DNA from: a bacterium
GTDB lineage: Bacteria; UBP6; JAFGXH01
Assembly (NCBI GenBank): GCA_027064085.1
Contig: JAMOQH010000095.1
Coordinates: 10,530 to 42,529, forward strand
DNA length: 32,000 nt
Reading direction: 5' to 3'
In this document: in pieces, positions 31,872-32,000 of the stretch
Numbering within the stretch: position 1 is the stretch's first letter
Layout: each line of letters begins with the position of its first letter
The notes under the pieces: generated by a model
Databases searched by the model: none
The model's input: only the letters and a program-made list of their open reading frames with translations
What the model was told of the DNA's origin: nothing
Translations under genes and position numbers: made by a program

Positions 31872-32000
31872 CTATTGCTGACAAGGCTTTTCATCGGCAA
31901 CACCATTACAGTTGTTATCAAGTCCATCATCACAGATTTCTATCTGAGGTTCAAGAGGAGTTGCATCACAAATCATATTACCATTTTGGTCACAAACAAA
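31872..32000 (-). CDS. 3' end of a second secreted Cys-rich protein (partial; continues beyond the window)
   Basis: My manual reverse translation gives ...FVCDQNGNMICDATPLEPQIEICDDGLDNNCNGVADEKPCQQ*. The CDDGxDNNCxGxxDE unit matches the MopE-type putative metal-binding repeat common in Myxococcota-like secreted proteins. It is too short to appear in the ORF track. Confidence 0.5.
   Translation of the reverse strand, partial: FVCDQNGNMICDATPLEPQIEICDDGLDNNCNGVADEKPCQQ

Overview
This is a strongly AT-rich, gene-dense bacterial chromosomal window. I count 28 credible protein-coding genes, one of them partial and one probably a decayed remnant. I saw no rRNA, tRNA, CRISPR array, transposase or integrase. 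All family calls come from motifs read by eye in the supplied translations; no searches were run.

Housekeeping and recognisable genes:
- folE2, secG, xseA and nagZ.
- An HDAC-family deacylase and a NUDIX hydrolase.
- A ParA/Soj ATPase.
- An oxygen and peroxide defence neighbourhood. It contains ahpC plus a Fur/PerR-like regulator, and a long minus-strand run: bcp, a 691-aa TPR protein, a DUF4492-like peptide, cydA, cydB and a small membrane protein.

Most unusual items:
1. A 2061-aa secreted protein (964-7149, minus strand). It has about 25 tandem 8-cysteine modules, a recent ~173-aa internal duplication, a Cys-poor central insert, and a eukaryote-like thrombospondin-type-3 / EGF-signature cassette. 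A second Cys-rich protein is cut by the window end.
2. A family of four intergenic hairpins that I cannot assign to any class I know. The loop CTAAAAT is invariant and the stems differ between copies yet stay complementary (898, 16143, 21992, 30411). Two copies share further flanking sequence.
3. A ParA ATPase translationally coupled to a beta-propeller protein with a lysine-rich N-terminal tail, where a ParB would normally sit.
4. A typical-2-Cys-type AhpC whose resolving Cys is Tyr. It carries an in-frame 34-aa N-terminal extension that holds a Cys, and each of its two ATGs has its own strong SD.
5. A three-gene unit: a membrane protein with duplicated wHTH-like modules, an HDAC11-like deacylase and an unknown partner.
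6. Two apparent pseudo-enzymes: an alpha/beta-hydrolase-fold lipoprotein lacking the Ser and His catalytic residues, and a degenerate GGDEF protein.

The domain repertoire is reminiscent of Bdellovibrionota/Myxococcota-like lineages: a CDDGxDNNC motif, Cys-rich repeats and many TPR proteins. That lineage guess is inference only.
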